A stretch of DNA of 64,000 bases, from contig CAWCFX010000003.1 of the NCBI GenBank assembly GCA_963795085.1, positions 288,001-352,000 of the forward strand, written 5' to 3'. This DNA comes from an uncultured Gemmatimonadales bacterium (lineage in GTDB: Bacteria > Gemmatimonadota > Gemmatimonadetes > Gemmatimonadales > GWC2-71-9). Shown in pieces: positions 47,916 to 57,731 of this stretch; the stretch's first letter is position 1, and each line of letters begins with the position of its first letter. Below the pieces are notes generated by a model. It made no database searches, was not told where the DNA came from, and was given only the letters and a program-made list of their open reading frames with translations. The translations under genes and the position numbers were made by a program.

Positions 47916-50369
47916 TCACGGAATCGGAGCGCGGGGCCGGAACCGGACCAGGAAGAACCCTTCCTTCATGCTGGTGACGCCGACCACCCCGCTTTTGAAG
48001 AAGGGATAATTGCTCCAGCTGCCGGCGAAGCCGGCGGCGTCCTGGCCGAAGGGCACGGTATCGAAGTAGCCCACCTCGCGCGGGTTGACCGGATCGCTGA
48101 TGTCGAGAATCCGGAGGCCGGCCACGTAGTTGGACTGGTAGACGTGATTGCCCTTCACGTACAGGTTGTGGTCGGAGGCCGGGGTCGTCCCCAGGAATTC
48201 CTTCGCGACGATCGGGTCATCCAGGTCGGTGACGTCGAAGATCATGGTGCGGGTGGTCTTGGCGGTGCCGGCCAGCTCGTCGCCCTCGTCGTCGAGATAG
48301 AAATAGCGGTGGTCGTCGGAGAGCCAGCCCTGGTGGGCGTAGGCGACATTGGGATAGCTCACCCGGCTGATCGGCTTGGGGTTCTGCTTGTCGGTCACGT
48401 CGCCGATACCCACCGCGTTCTCGGAGGCGTTGAAGCAGATCTCCCGGCCCCGGTAGGTCTCGTCCGGGCCGTGGTAGGTGACGCACTGGGCATCGTGGGT
48501 GTAGCCGCTCTTGGCGAACCCGGTGGCCGGGTCGGCATAGCAGCCGGCGAACTTCGGACGGGCCGGGTCCCGGATGTCAATCATGTGGAGCGCCCCGCCG
48601 CAGGTTTCCCCTCCCATGCTGTTCCCCACCGTATACGCGTAGCCTGATTCCTCGTTGATCACGATATTGTGGGCGCTGTGGATCCGGTCGTAATGGGCGG
48701 TCTCCGTGAAGGTGGCCGGTTTGGTGGCGACAGTGAGCAGCTGCCGGAGATCGAAGATCTGGACGCCATGAGGACCGGCCCCGTCGGACACGATGTAGGC
48801 GTGGCTCTTGTAGACCTTGATGTCCCGCCAGAGGTTGGGCTGGGCGCCCTGGTGGAGCGGCAGCTGGCCGACATACACCGGGTTGGCCGGATCGGTCACC
48901 TCGACAAACGCGGTGCCATCCACCCGCCCTACCAGCGCGAACTCGCGGCCGCTCTCGGGGTCGGACCACCCCCACATGTCGTTCAGCATGATCCCGCGCT
49001 CGGCGCCGAGCGCGCTGTTGGGCATGAAGGCGACGAGATCGGTGTTGCTGCAATCGAACAGCCTGACGCGCCCGGAATCGCACTTGAGCTCCGCGCCGGT
49101 GATGGCAGGCAGGCCGGTCGAGAGCGTGTCGGCCACCATGCCCTCTTCCCGCCAGGGGGCCTCCGCCGCGGGCCGGCGGTAGAGATAGGCCGACCCCTCG
49201 AAGAACTGCGCCATCGGCGCCCCGGCCACCGCGACCCCGTTCTCCGCCGCGAGCGCGGCCCCCAGCTGGGTGCCGATCCCCATCCCCCGGGTCGTGAATT
49301 TCTGGGTCTCCTCGTAACCGCCCGCGGCGTTCCGCCGGAGCACGTGGATCGACCCGACGCCGCCGGTGAGGACCGCCCCGACCAGGAGATCGCCGCCATC
49401 GCGCGCGAGGGAGGCGCCGAAGAGCGCCGGTGCTTCCGGCGAGGCTGGACGGATCCGCCCCGTCTCCCGCCAGGCCGATCCCTCGGCGCGGAACTGGAGC
49501 ACCACGCCGGCGCCGCGGTCCGCGGTGGGACTGGAGACCAGGGCCTCGTTCTCGGCCAGCAGGAGCGCCGATCCAATGCCGCGGAGGGCGCTGTCGGCGG
49601 CGGCCAGCCGGGCCTCTTCGGACCAGCCGTTCGCCGTGCGGCGGAACAGGAAAGCCTGCCCTGGCCGCCGGCCGGCCGGCGGCCCCTGGCTGACGCCCGG
49701 GGGCGCCGATCAGCGCGCGGTCGCCGGACATCGAGATGGCGGCGCCAAACCGGTCGCCCGCCGCGATCCCCTTCCCGGCCAGGCGGCCCCGTTCCATCCA
49801 CTGGCCCGAGGCATCGCGCTCCCAGGCGATGACGGTGCCGGTCTGTTCGTCCCGGTCGGCCGCGCCCGCGAGGAGGACGTTGCCCGACAGGGCCACCGCG
49901 GAGCCCACCCGGTCGCCGGCGGCGGCATCCGTGGGGGAGAGCCGGGCCCGTTCGGTCCACCGGCCGGAGGCTTCCCGCTCAAAGACGTAAACGGCGCCGC
50001 GGCGTTCCGAGGCGCCCGGCGCGCTCACCGCCAGCCAGCTCCCGCTCACGGACATCGCCGCCCCGAAGCCGTCGCCCAGCGCATTGTCCCGCGACACCAG
50101 CATGGCGACCTCGGCCCACTTCCCGTCTCTCTCCCTTCGTGAAGGCATGAACCGCTCCCGGTCTGGCTGGGCGGCATCGGGAAGTTGGGCACCAGCCCGG
50201 CGCGGCCCACCAGGACCTGGTCGCCGGCGATGGCGACCGCCGTGCCGAATCCGATCAGGGGCGACGGCGATTCGGGTGCGCCGCGCCAGGTCTGGGCCGC
50301 CGCCGGCACGGCGACAAGTCCGAGCGCGAGGCCAAAGGCAGCGACGAGGGAGAGCGGAAGACGCTTCAT
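47916..50369 (-). pseudogene. Choice-of-anchor-B-type secreted protein with FG-GAP-like repeats, frameshifted
   Basis: Signal peptide at 50369, FG.AVA repeats and C-terminal NDMWGW/WRDIKVY/HNIVIN/YTHDAQC/HQGW/HNLYV/WSNYPFF domain lie in different frames; breaks near 50125-50160 and 49665-49705. Confidence 0.75.
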
Positions 50370-50500
50370 GGCTATCTCACTTGGGGATGGTTTGCGGATA
50401 GGGGATTATGGCACTGGGGAGGGAATTTGGGTACTGGGGAGACGCGATCTGGCCCGCGAGGTGTGATCCCGCCACTTCATGCCCCTTCTCGTTCGCCCAC

Positions 50501-51949
50501 CTAGGTGACCTCGATATTCATCATCATGCCCATGTCTTCGTGCTGCAGGTTATGGCAATGCAGGGGGAAGACCCCGCGGTAGGTGTCGAACCGGACCAGC
50601 ACTTCCACGGTTTCAAACGGCATGAGCAGGGCCGTGTCCTTCCATCCACTTTCGTACGGGTACACCGTGTTCCGTCCGCCCTGGCGGGAGACGACCTGGA
50701 ACTGGGTGCCGTGCAAGTGGACCGGGTGAGGCAACTCGCTGACGTTGATAAACCGCCACCGCTCCACCTGGCCGAGGGGAATCCGTTCGTCCACCCTCAG
50801 CATGTCGTAGGTCGTCCCGTTGATCTCATGCATGCCCAGGTGGGTGGACAGGACAAAGTCCCGGGTGATGTCGGAAGGTGGAAGGGCCGGGATATTCGAC
50901 AGGATCGCCGGCAAAGGCGGGTCGTCCCACTGCCCCGGCCCGGCGACGACCAGGTCGAGAAGGTCCATAGCCGTGCCCTGGGGGAATGGCTCTCCCGCAA
51001 CGGCATAGCCCGCGAAGGGCAGTGAGACGAGAGTGAGCCGCTCGCCGGGCGGAACGGTGGAGCAATCCACCAGGACGTCGGTCCGTTCCCCGACCCCCAG
51101 GTACAGGCGGTCCACCAGGGCGGCGGCGCGCAGCAGCCCGCCATCGGAGCCGATCACCGTGAGCGGGGCCCCGTTGGACAGTCCCAGGCAATAGACCCTG
51201 GCATGCGACGCGTTGAGGATCCGGAAACGATAGCGGTCGGCGGTCACGGTCAGCGCCGGGAGGCGCACCCCGTTGCCGAACGGGACATTCCCCAGCTGGC
51301 CGACCAGTTCATCTGTCGGGGTGGTCTGATACAGCAGGGGATTGGGCCCATCACCACGGCGATCCTGCAGGATCAGCAGGACTTCACGTTCACCACCGGG
51401 TAGCTCCAGCGCGTCTTCTTCGCCGTCGCCCACGATGAAGAACCCGGCGAGGCCGCGATGGATCTGGCCAGCCGTGCGGCGGTGGGCATGGGGATGGTAC
51501 CAGTAGGTGCCGGCACGCTGGACCAGTGGAAAGGAGTAGTCGTAGGTGGCGCCCGGGGAAATCGCCTGCCGCGGGTGCCCATCCGCCTGTGCGGGGACGA
51601 TCAACCCATGCCAGTGGACGATCGTGTCTTCCACCAGTCCGTTCACCAGGGTAATGCGGGCCAGGTCGCCGGTCCGGGCCCGAATCGTAGGACCCGGCAG
51701 CATGCCATTGAACAGCCAGGCGGGGAGGGGCGCGCCGTCTCCGATCGAGGCGAGTCCCGCGGACGCCGTCAGCGTGGCGGCCGTGGCGGCGAGCGAGCCG
51801 GGTTGCCGGAGGGTGCCGCGGCGGGGGTGGTTGGCTTCCAGCACATCGGAGCAGCTGACAAGGCCGGAGCCCCCCACTCCGGCCAGCCCGGCAAGTCCGG
51901 CGCCCACCACGCGCACGAAGTCCCGACGGCTGCGGGCGCCCCGGGCCAT
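50501..51949 (-). CDS. Tat-exported multicopper oxidase (CueO/laccase-like)
   Basis: SRRDFV Tat motif; HWHG, WYHPH, HPVHLHG, HCHNLQHEDMGM. Confidence 0.95.
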   Translation of the reverse strand: MARGARSRRDFVRVVGAGLAGLAGVGGSGLVSCSDVLEANHPRRGTLRQPGSLAATAATLTASAGLASIGDGAPLPAWLFNGMLPGPTIRARTGDLARITLVNGLVEDTIVHWHGLIVPAQADGHPRQAISPGATYDYSFPLVQRAGTYWYHPHAHRRTAGQIHRGLAGFFIVGDGEEDALELPGGEREVLLILQDRRGDGPNPLLYQTTPTDELVGQLGNVPFGNGVRLPALTVTADRYRFRILNASHARVYCLGLSNGAPLTVIGSDGGLLRAAALVDRLYLGVGERTDVLVDCSTVPPGERLTLVSLPFAGYAVAGEPFPQGTAMDLLDLVVAGPGQWDDPPLPAILSNIPALPPSDITRDFVLSTHLGMHEINGTTYDMLRVDERIPLGQVERWRFINVSELPHPVHLHGTQFQVVSRQGGRNTVYPYESGWKDTALLMPFETVEVLVRFDTYRGVFPLHCHNLQHEDMGMMMNIEVT

Positions 51950-51951
51950 GA

Positions 51952-52617
51952 TCAGTGCACCAGGACGGTGCCGGACATCGTGGGGTGAAAATCACACACG
52001 TAGTTGTACGTGCCAGGATGGGCAAACGTGCGCGAGCCGGACCCGTTCACGATGGACGGGATGTTGCTCGGTGAGCCCGCCGACACGAAAGTGATCGAAT
52101 GTTGGACGGCGCCGAACGTCCAGGTGACCTCGCCACCGGAGGCCAGATGCACGATGGCCGGCACATAGGCCGGCTGCGGGACGCCGGTGCTGCCGACGCC
52201 GGCCACTGAAGGAGGAACCTGCACCGTCACCGACATGGGGGTGGTCAGCGTCACAGTGCCCGCCTGCACCGTCGCAGTGATCTGGGCGGTGCCCGGCGCG
52301 ACCGCGGTCACCGTCCCCGCCGCGGAGACCGTCGCCACGGCGCTGTTGAGGCTCGCGAAGACGGGAGACCCGGCGCCTGCCAATGTCGCGGCGTTCTGAT
52401 CCCGGGGCGTCACGGTCAGCGTGACCGCGTTTCCCGGGGCCGTGTTCCAGATGGCCGCCTGGCTGGGGACAACCGAGAGGGTGGTGAGGACCGGCGCCGG
52501 CGGCTCGGTATTCGGTCCGCCATCGCCGCCACCGCAGGCCGCCAGGAAGGCCGCGGCCGCTATTGAGACGAGGCTCGGGCGGCGGAGTTTCGAGCCGGAA
52601 GGAAACGGTATGATCAT
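51952..52617 (-). CDS. Lipoprotein with Ig-like (Big_2) domain and C-terminal cupredoxin
   Basis: FLAAC lipobox; SLNSAVATVSAAGTVTAVAPGTAQITAT; type-1 Cu ligands H(SI)..C-D-F-H-P-T-M. Confidence 0.85.
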   Translation of the reverse strand: MIIPFPSGSKLRRPSLVSIAAAAFLAACGGGDGGPNTEPPAPVLTTLSVVPSQAAIWNTAPGNAVTLTVTPRDQNAATLAGAGSPVFASLNSAVATVSAAGTVTAVAPGTAQITATVQAGTVTLTTPMSVTVQVPPSVAGVGSTGVPQPAYVPAIVHLASGGEVTWTFGAVQHSITFVSAGSPSNIPSIVNGSGSRTFAHPGTYNYVCDFHPTMSGTVLVH

Positions 52618-52663
52618 CGGGTGCTCCTCAGTGCAAGTGGGGTAGGGAATGATTTCCTGCCCC

Positions 52664-52716
52664 ATGCTATTCCGACCCGGGTATCCACGGGTTAGGTTGG
52701 AGTTACCTTCCGGTTA
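52664..52716 (-). promoter_or_regulatory. SARP-type promoter: four 11-bp-phased hexamers 8 nt upstream of a -10 box
   Basis: Minus strand TAACCG (52716-11), TAACTC (52705-00), TAACCC (52694-89), TACCCG (52683-78), 8-nt gap, TAGCAT (52669-64). Confidence 0.65.
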
Positions 52717-52725
52717 AGAGGCGCG

Positions 52726-55626
52726 GTGTACGCACTTAGAGCCTTTGGCGCATTGGTGCTCGATCGAGACGGCGCGCCCATCCACTCACTGGCCGCCCAC
52801 CGGAATGCGCTGGCCATCCTGACCGTCCTGGCCACGGATGGACTCGTGACCCGGGACCGCCTGATGGCGCTCCTCTGGCCCGACAGCGACCTGGACCGGG
52901 CCCGTGGATCCCTGAAACAGGCCCTCCACACACTCCGCCAGCACCTCGCCTGCCCCGACCTCGTCGTCGGACGCGCCGGCCTGGGTCTCAATGCGGCGCT
53001 GATTGAAAGCGATGTCGGACGGTTCCAGGATGCCCTCCGGGCAGGGAACCTCCTCGAGGCGGTCACCCTGTACCAGGGTCCCTTTCTCGACGGGGTGCAC
53101 CTGAATGGCGCGCCCGAACTGGAGCAGTGGGTGGAAGCCCGCCGGGCCACGCTCGCCCAGAGATATCGAGAGGGGCTGGAACGGCTGGCCCAGGCGGCAG
53201 AGGCCCGGAACGAACCCGGGGAGGCCATTCGATGGTGGACCCGCCTCGCCGGGGATGATCCGCTGGACGGCAAGGCGGCACTGCACCTGATGCAGGCACT
53301 GGAAGAGGGCGGTCGGCGAGCGGCCGCCCTCCAGCACTTCAAGGCCCACGAGCAGGTATTACAACGGGAACTGGGGCTGGCGCCGGATCCTGCGGCCATT
53401 GCCCTGGCCAACCGCTTGCTGCACCACTCGGTCCCCGCGGTGGCCTGGAACCCCGCGCCGGCGCCCGCGGCACCCCGGGATGTCACGCCGGCTTCGCCAG
53501 CCTCCCGCGCCGCATCCCCTCCCGTCCTCCTTCGCTGGATCGGGCCGATCGCCCTGGGCGCGATCGTCGTGGCTGGATTGGCCATTGCGGCGTCCCGCCG
53601 CCCGGACCCTGATATTCCGTCCGACCCCAACCTCGTCGCCATCGCACCCTTCGACGTCCTTGATCCATCGCTCGACCTCTGGGGGGAGGGACTGATGGAC
53701 GTGCTCACCGAGGATCTGGACGGTGCCGGCCCGCTCCGCACCGTGGACCAGGCCGTCGCGCTGCGACACTGGACCGGGCGTGCCAACCGCGGCTCCGCCG
53801 AGCGCCTCGGCGGCCTCACCGGGGCCGGGCTAATCGTGTATGGCAAGGTGGCGCGACGCGGGGAAGACTCGGTCAGTATCCGAGCCACCCTGCTGAACCG
53901 CAGCCCCGCCGAGGGAGGGGCCGACCTGGTCGAGGTCGCCGGGCCGGAGGGGCGCATGGGTGAACTGGTGGACTCGCTGGGGGTCAATATTTTGCGCGCC
54001 CTCGGCCGCGGACGCGCGATCGGGTCTCAGCGCCGCGTTTCAATCGGGTCCCGGTCGCTCTCAGCCCTCAAGGAGTTCCTGCAGGGCGAACAGTTCTACC
54101 GCCAGGGACATTTTGATTCCGCCCTGGCGCGATACGACCAGGCGATCGCGGAAGACAGCACTTTCGCCCTGGCGCTGCGACGGATGGCCTGGGCGGTTGC
54201 CCTGGGGGCAGTGACGTCCTGGAAGTATGCCAGCCAGGACCAGTATCTCCAGCAGGCCGTAAGGCACAATCATGGGCTCTCGCCCCGGGACAGTGTGTTG
54301 CTCCGGGTGGATTCCCTGCTGGTCCTCGGCACCCGGAGCAACCAGGCCGGTGAGATTGTCGCCAGCCTGATGACCGGGGTCCGGAACCTGGAGGAACTGG
54401 CCCGCCGGTACCCCGACGATCCGGCCATCTGGTACGAGCTCGGTGAACATCGCTATCACGGGATCCCGCCGCTGGGCACTCCGGCGCTGGCGCTGGACGC
54501 CTTCGAGCGCGCCATTGCGCTGGATTCCGGTTTTGCACCGGCATACCAGCATACGGTCAAGCTGGCCATTCAGATGGGACGGCTGGACCGGGCGCGACAC
54601 TACGCCCGCGCCTACGCGGTGCTTCATCCCGGCAACGCGCACGCCCCCGGGCTGGGCCTCGCCCTGATGGTGCTGGATTCGGGGGGGGTCCATCACCCCC
54701 GGGTCTGGCGGGAGATCCAGCAGGCGCCAGGGAGCGCCCTGATGTGGGCCGGCCATGATCACTTCCGCTGGATGGTGGACACCGCGGAGACGGCCGTCGT
54801 CCTCCTGCGCGAGCTGATCGCCGGCCAGCATGACCTCAGCGGTTCAGGCGCCCTTTCCGCCGATTCTATTCTGCCGCTGCACCTGGCGGTGGCCCTGGTG
54901 TTCCGGGGGCACCTGCGCGAGGCCGCCGAGGTCAGCCAGCCGCTGCTCAATGAGGAAGGGATCGGATTCTATCGCTTCTCGATCGACCGGTTCCTCGACC
55001 TGGCCCTGTGGGATATTCTGCCAGACTCGGTGGTCCGCCGCACCTATCAGCTGGGGTTGCTGGCCGGTACCGACTGGAACGGCGGCACCACGTTCTCGAA
55101 TCCCCGGTTTCTCCGGGCCCTCCCCTACTGGTTTGCCCGCGGGGATACCCTCTCCGTTATCCGGTTCCAGCGGCGGGCCGCCGAGGTGGCCCGCGCCGGG
55201 GCACCCGGTGTCGCCGAGTTGCGGGGGCGCTACTTCGAGATCGCCGCGCGCGGCTACCTCGCCCTCATGCGCGGCGATTCGGCGGAAGCCCAGCGAGTGA
55301 TGGAAGGCATCCCTGATACGCTCTGTCTCATCGGCACCTGCTTCAGCGAACAGTTGCTGCTCGCCCAGCTGCTGGTCGCGCGCAATGCGGACCGCCAGGC
55401 GGCGGCGATCCTCGATCGATGGGCGTTGGCGGGCGACAACACGACCTTCGCGGTGATCGCCGCGCTGGAGCGGGGGAAAATCGCCGAGCGGCTCGGCGAC
55501 CGGGCCCTGGCGGTCGAGCGATACCAGTTCGTCCTGGACGCGTGGCGGCGGGCCGACCCCGAGTTGCAGCCGTTCGTTCGGGTGGCGAGGGCCGGGCTCA
55601 GTCGGGTAGCGAGGGCCGACCAGTGA
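52726..55626 (+). CDS. SARP-family (wHTH-BTAD) regulator with TM helix and C-terminal TolB-N-like/TPR region
   Basis: LRAFG, TRDRLMALLWPD, SDVGRF, LYQGPFLDG, WVEARR, DPLD, RELGLAP; TM 'IGPIALGAIVVAGLAIAA'; VAIAPF; TPRs. Confidence 0.88.
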   Translation: MYALRAFGALVLDRDGAPIHSLAAHRNALAILTVLATDGLVTRDRLMALLWPDSDLDRARGSLKQALHTLRQHLACPDLVVGRAGLGLNAALIESDVGRFQDALRAGNLLEAVTLYQGPFLDGVHLNGAPELEQWVEARRATLAQRYREGLERLAQAAEARNEPGEAIRWWTRLAGDDPLDGKAALHLMQALEEGGRRAAALQHFKAHEQVLQRELGLAPDPAAIALANRLLHHSVPAVAWNPAPAPAAPRDVTPASPASRAASPPVLLRWIGPIALGAIVVAGLAIAASRRPDPDIPSDPNLVAIAPFDVLDPSLDLWGEGLMDVLTEDLDGAGPLRTVDQAVALRHWTGRANRGSAERLGGLTGAGLIVYGKVARRGEDSVSIRATLLNRSPAEGGADLVEVAGPEGRMGELVDSLGVNILRALGRGRAIGSQRRVSIGSRSLSALKEFLQGEQFYRQGHFDSALARYDQAIAEDSTFALALRRMAWAVALGAVTSWKYASQDQYLQQAVRHNHGLSPRDSVLLRVDSLLVLGTRSNQAGEIVASLMTGVRNLEELARRYPDDPAIWYELGEHRYHGIPPLGTPALALDAFERAIALDSGFAPAYQHTVKLAIQMGRLDRARHYARAYAVLHPGNAHAPGLGLALMVLDSGGVHHPRVWREIQQAPGSALMWAGHDHFRWMVDTAETAVVLLRELIAGQHDLSGSGALSADSILPLHLAVALVFRGHLREAAEVSQPLLNEEGIGFYRFSIDRFLDLALWDILPDSVVRRTYQLGLLAGTDWNGGTTFSNPRFLRALPYWFARGDTLSVIRFQRRAAEVARAGAPGVAELRGRYFEIAARGYLALMRGDSAEAQRVMEGIPDTLCLIGTCFSEQLLLAQLLVARNADRQAAAILDRWALAGDNTTFAVIAALERGKIAERLGDRALAVERYQFVLDAWRRADPELQPFVRVARAGLSRVARADQ

Positions 55627-55738
55627 GCGAAGAAGTCACGAGGACGGGTGAGGAATTGATCAATGTGGGCAGACATTCTGCCGCCCGGTCCTACCGGCCG
55701 GGTTAGTTTCCGGATGTCCGGCCTTCGAAAGGATACTC

Positions 55739-56674
55739 ATGCTGTACCGTACCCTCGGCCGCACCGGCGAAACCGTCTCCGCCATCGGCGTCGGGGGCCA
55801 TCACCTCGGCCTCCCCGGCGTCAGCACCTCGCTCAGCCTCCGCATCGTGCGCGCCGCGATTGACCGCGGCGTCACGTTCATGGACAACTCCTGGGACTAC
55901 CACGAGGGCGAGAGCGAGCGGCGGATGGGCAAGGCGCTGAAGGACGGGTACCGGGCCAAGGTCTTCCTCATGTCCAAGATCGACGGCCGGACCCGGAAGA
56001 CGGCCACGGCGCAGCTGGAGGACTCGCTCCGCCGGCTCGACGTGGATTGCATCGACCTGGTCCAGCATCACGAGATCATCCGGTTCGAGGATCCTCACCG
56101 GATCTGCGCCGAGGAAGGCGCCCAGGCCGCATTGGTGGATGCCCGGAAGGCGGGGAAGCTTCGCTTTATCGGGTTCACGGGGCACAAGGACCCGGAGGTC
56201 CATCTTCACATGCTGCGGATCGCGGAGGCCCGTGGCATCCGGTTCGACACGGTCCAGATGCCGCTCAACCTGATGGACGCGCACTACCGGAGCTTCGAAC
56301 GGCTGGTGCTGCCCGAGCTGGTACGGCAGGAGATCGGCGTGCTGGGGATGAAAAGCCTCGGGAACGGGATGCTGCTCAAGTCCGCTACCGTGACCGCGGT
56401 CGAGTGCCTGCGCTACGCGTTGAGCCTGCCGGTCTCGGTCGTCATCACCGGCATGGACAGCCTGGACCGGGTGGAACAGGCCTGCGGGCTGGCGGACACC
56501 TTCGCTCCCCTTACCCCGGCGGAGCGGGACGCGCTGCTGGCCCGCACCCGCGAGGCGGCGGCCCGGGGAGAGTTCGAGGCCTTCAAGACCAGCTCGCTCT
56601 TCGACAGCACCGCCGCGCACCCGGAGTGGATGGGGGACGAGCCGGACGAGGTGGTGAAGCTCGCGAGAGGCTGA
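55739..56674 (+). CDS. Aldo/keto reductase
   Basis: YRTLGRTG, FMDNSWDY, MSK, IDLVQHH, IGFTGHKDP. Confidence 0.92.
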   Translation: MLYRTLGRTGETVSAIGVGGHHLGLPGVSTSLSLRIVRAAIDRGVTFMDNSWDYHEGESERRMGKALKDGYRAKVFLMSKIDGRTRKTATAQLEDSLRRLDVDCIDLVQHHEIIRFEDPHRICAEEGAQAALVDARKAGKLRFIGFTGHKDPEVHLHMLRIAEARGIRFDTVQMPLNLMDAHYRSFERLVLPELVRQEIGVLGMKSLGNGMLLKSATVTAVECLRYALSLPVSVVITGMDSLDRVEQACGLADTFAPLTPAERDALLARTREAAARGEFEAFKTSSLFDSTAAHPEWMGDEPDEVVKLARG

Positions 56675-56724
56675 AACGCAACGTGGGGCTGCCGCCCCAT
56701 CCTACCGCCCCGTCTTACCACCTG

Positions 56725-57669
56725 TTAGTCGCTGACCCACTCTTCCACCGCCGGCAGGTCCATCCGCCACACGCTGCTGTCCGGACTCCAGCGCAGAATC
56801 CAGGAGATGCCCCAGGGCCCGACGTAGTGGGAGGCTCGGCGGTAGGCCGGGTGGGCCAGCGCCTCCTCCAGCGAGATGAAACGGTAGCCCCGGCCCTGCG
56901 CCAGGCGAATCACCTCCCGGATGTAGTCCCGGTTGAGCTCGTTGGCGTGGAGCAGCAGCACCTGGGGAAACTCCGTGCCCACGACGCGCACCGACATGGA
57001 CTCGGCGAACGCAAAGGCCTGTTCCATGTGTTCCAGGTAGGCCGGCACCAGCCGCCGCATCATGGCGCTGTCCCCGCGCGTAATGGCCCGGGAATAGGCC
57101 GCCGCATACACCCACTCGTTGTTGTCGATGGTGACGGGGGCGACCGTGTACCCGCGCTCGACCAGCCAGCGGGCGAGGCCGCCGGCGGTGGCGCTGTCGC
57201 CCCCCGCGTGGAGGAAGGGATGGCGGAAGAACCGCACCCGGCCCTTCCCGCCGCGGGCGCGGGCGATCTGGCTGTCGGCACGGGCCAGGTCGGCGGTGTA
57301 GGTCGCGAGCGGCACCCGGCTCAGGTCGAGATGGCCGTGGCCATGATTGCCGATCACCGCGCCGGACTGCTCCCAGAGGGCGATGACCTCGCCGAGCACG
57401 GTATCCCGCAGCCGGGCGCACACGTTGCCAGTGGTCACCAGGGCCGCGCTGGGGGCGCCCTCCTCCAGCAGCGCGACCGTGAGACTTTCGTTAATGGCGC
57501 GGAGCTGTCCCCGGTCGCAGCCGGCTCCGGGCTGCACCTGGCCCGCGGGAATGTCGTCGAACGTCAGCGCGACGACGCGCTGGGTCTGCGGGGGCGCGGC
57601 TTGATCGGCTGGCGGGCAGGCGGCACCGATAAGGAGGAGGGCGGCCGCGCAGGCGGCGAGCATTTGCAT
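56725..57669 (-). CDS. Polysaccharide deacetylase (CE4/NodB) lipoprotein
   Basis: TFDD, GNHGHGH, FFRHPF, LLLHAN; lipobox-like GAAC. Confidence 0.88.
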   Translation of the reverse strand: MQMLAACAAALLLIGAACPPADQAAPPQTQRVVALTFDDIPAGQVQPGAGCDRGQLRAINESLTVALLEEGAPSAALVTTGNVCARLRDTVLGEVIALWEQSGAVIGNHGHGHLDLSRVPLATYTADLARADSQIARARGGKGRVRFFRHPFLHAGGDSATAGGLARWLVERGYTVAPVTIDNNEWVYAAAYSRAITRGDSAMMRRLVPAYLEHMEQAFAFAESMSVRVVGTEFPQVLLLHANELNRDYIREVIRLAQGRGYRFISLEEALAHPAYRRASHYVGPWGISWILRWSPDSSVWRMDLPAVEEWVSD

Positions 57670-57731
57670 TGATGGAAGGTAATTCAGCGTGCCGGCCACG
57701 ACCCGACAGGCGTGGTCCGGCCCGTCATGCA

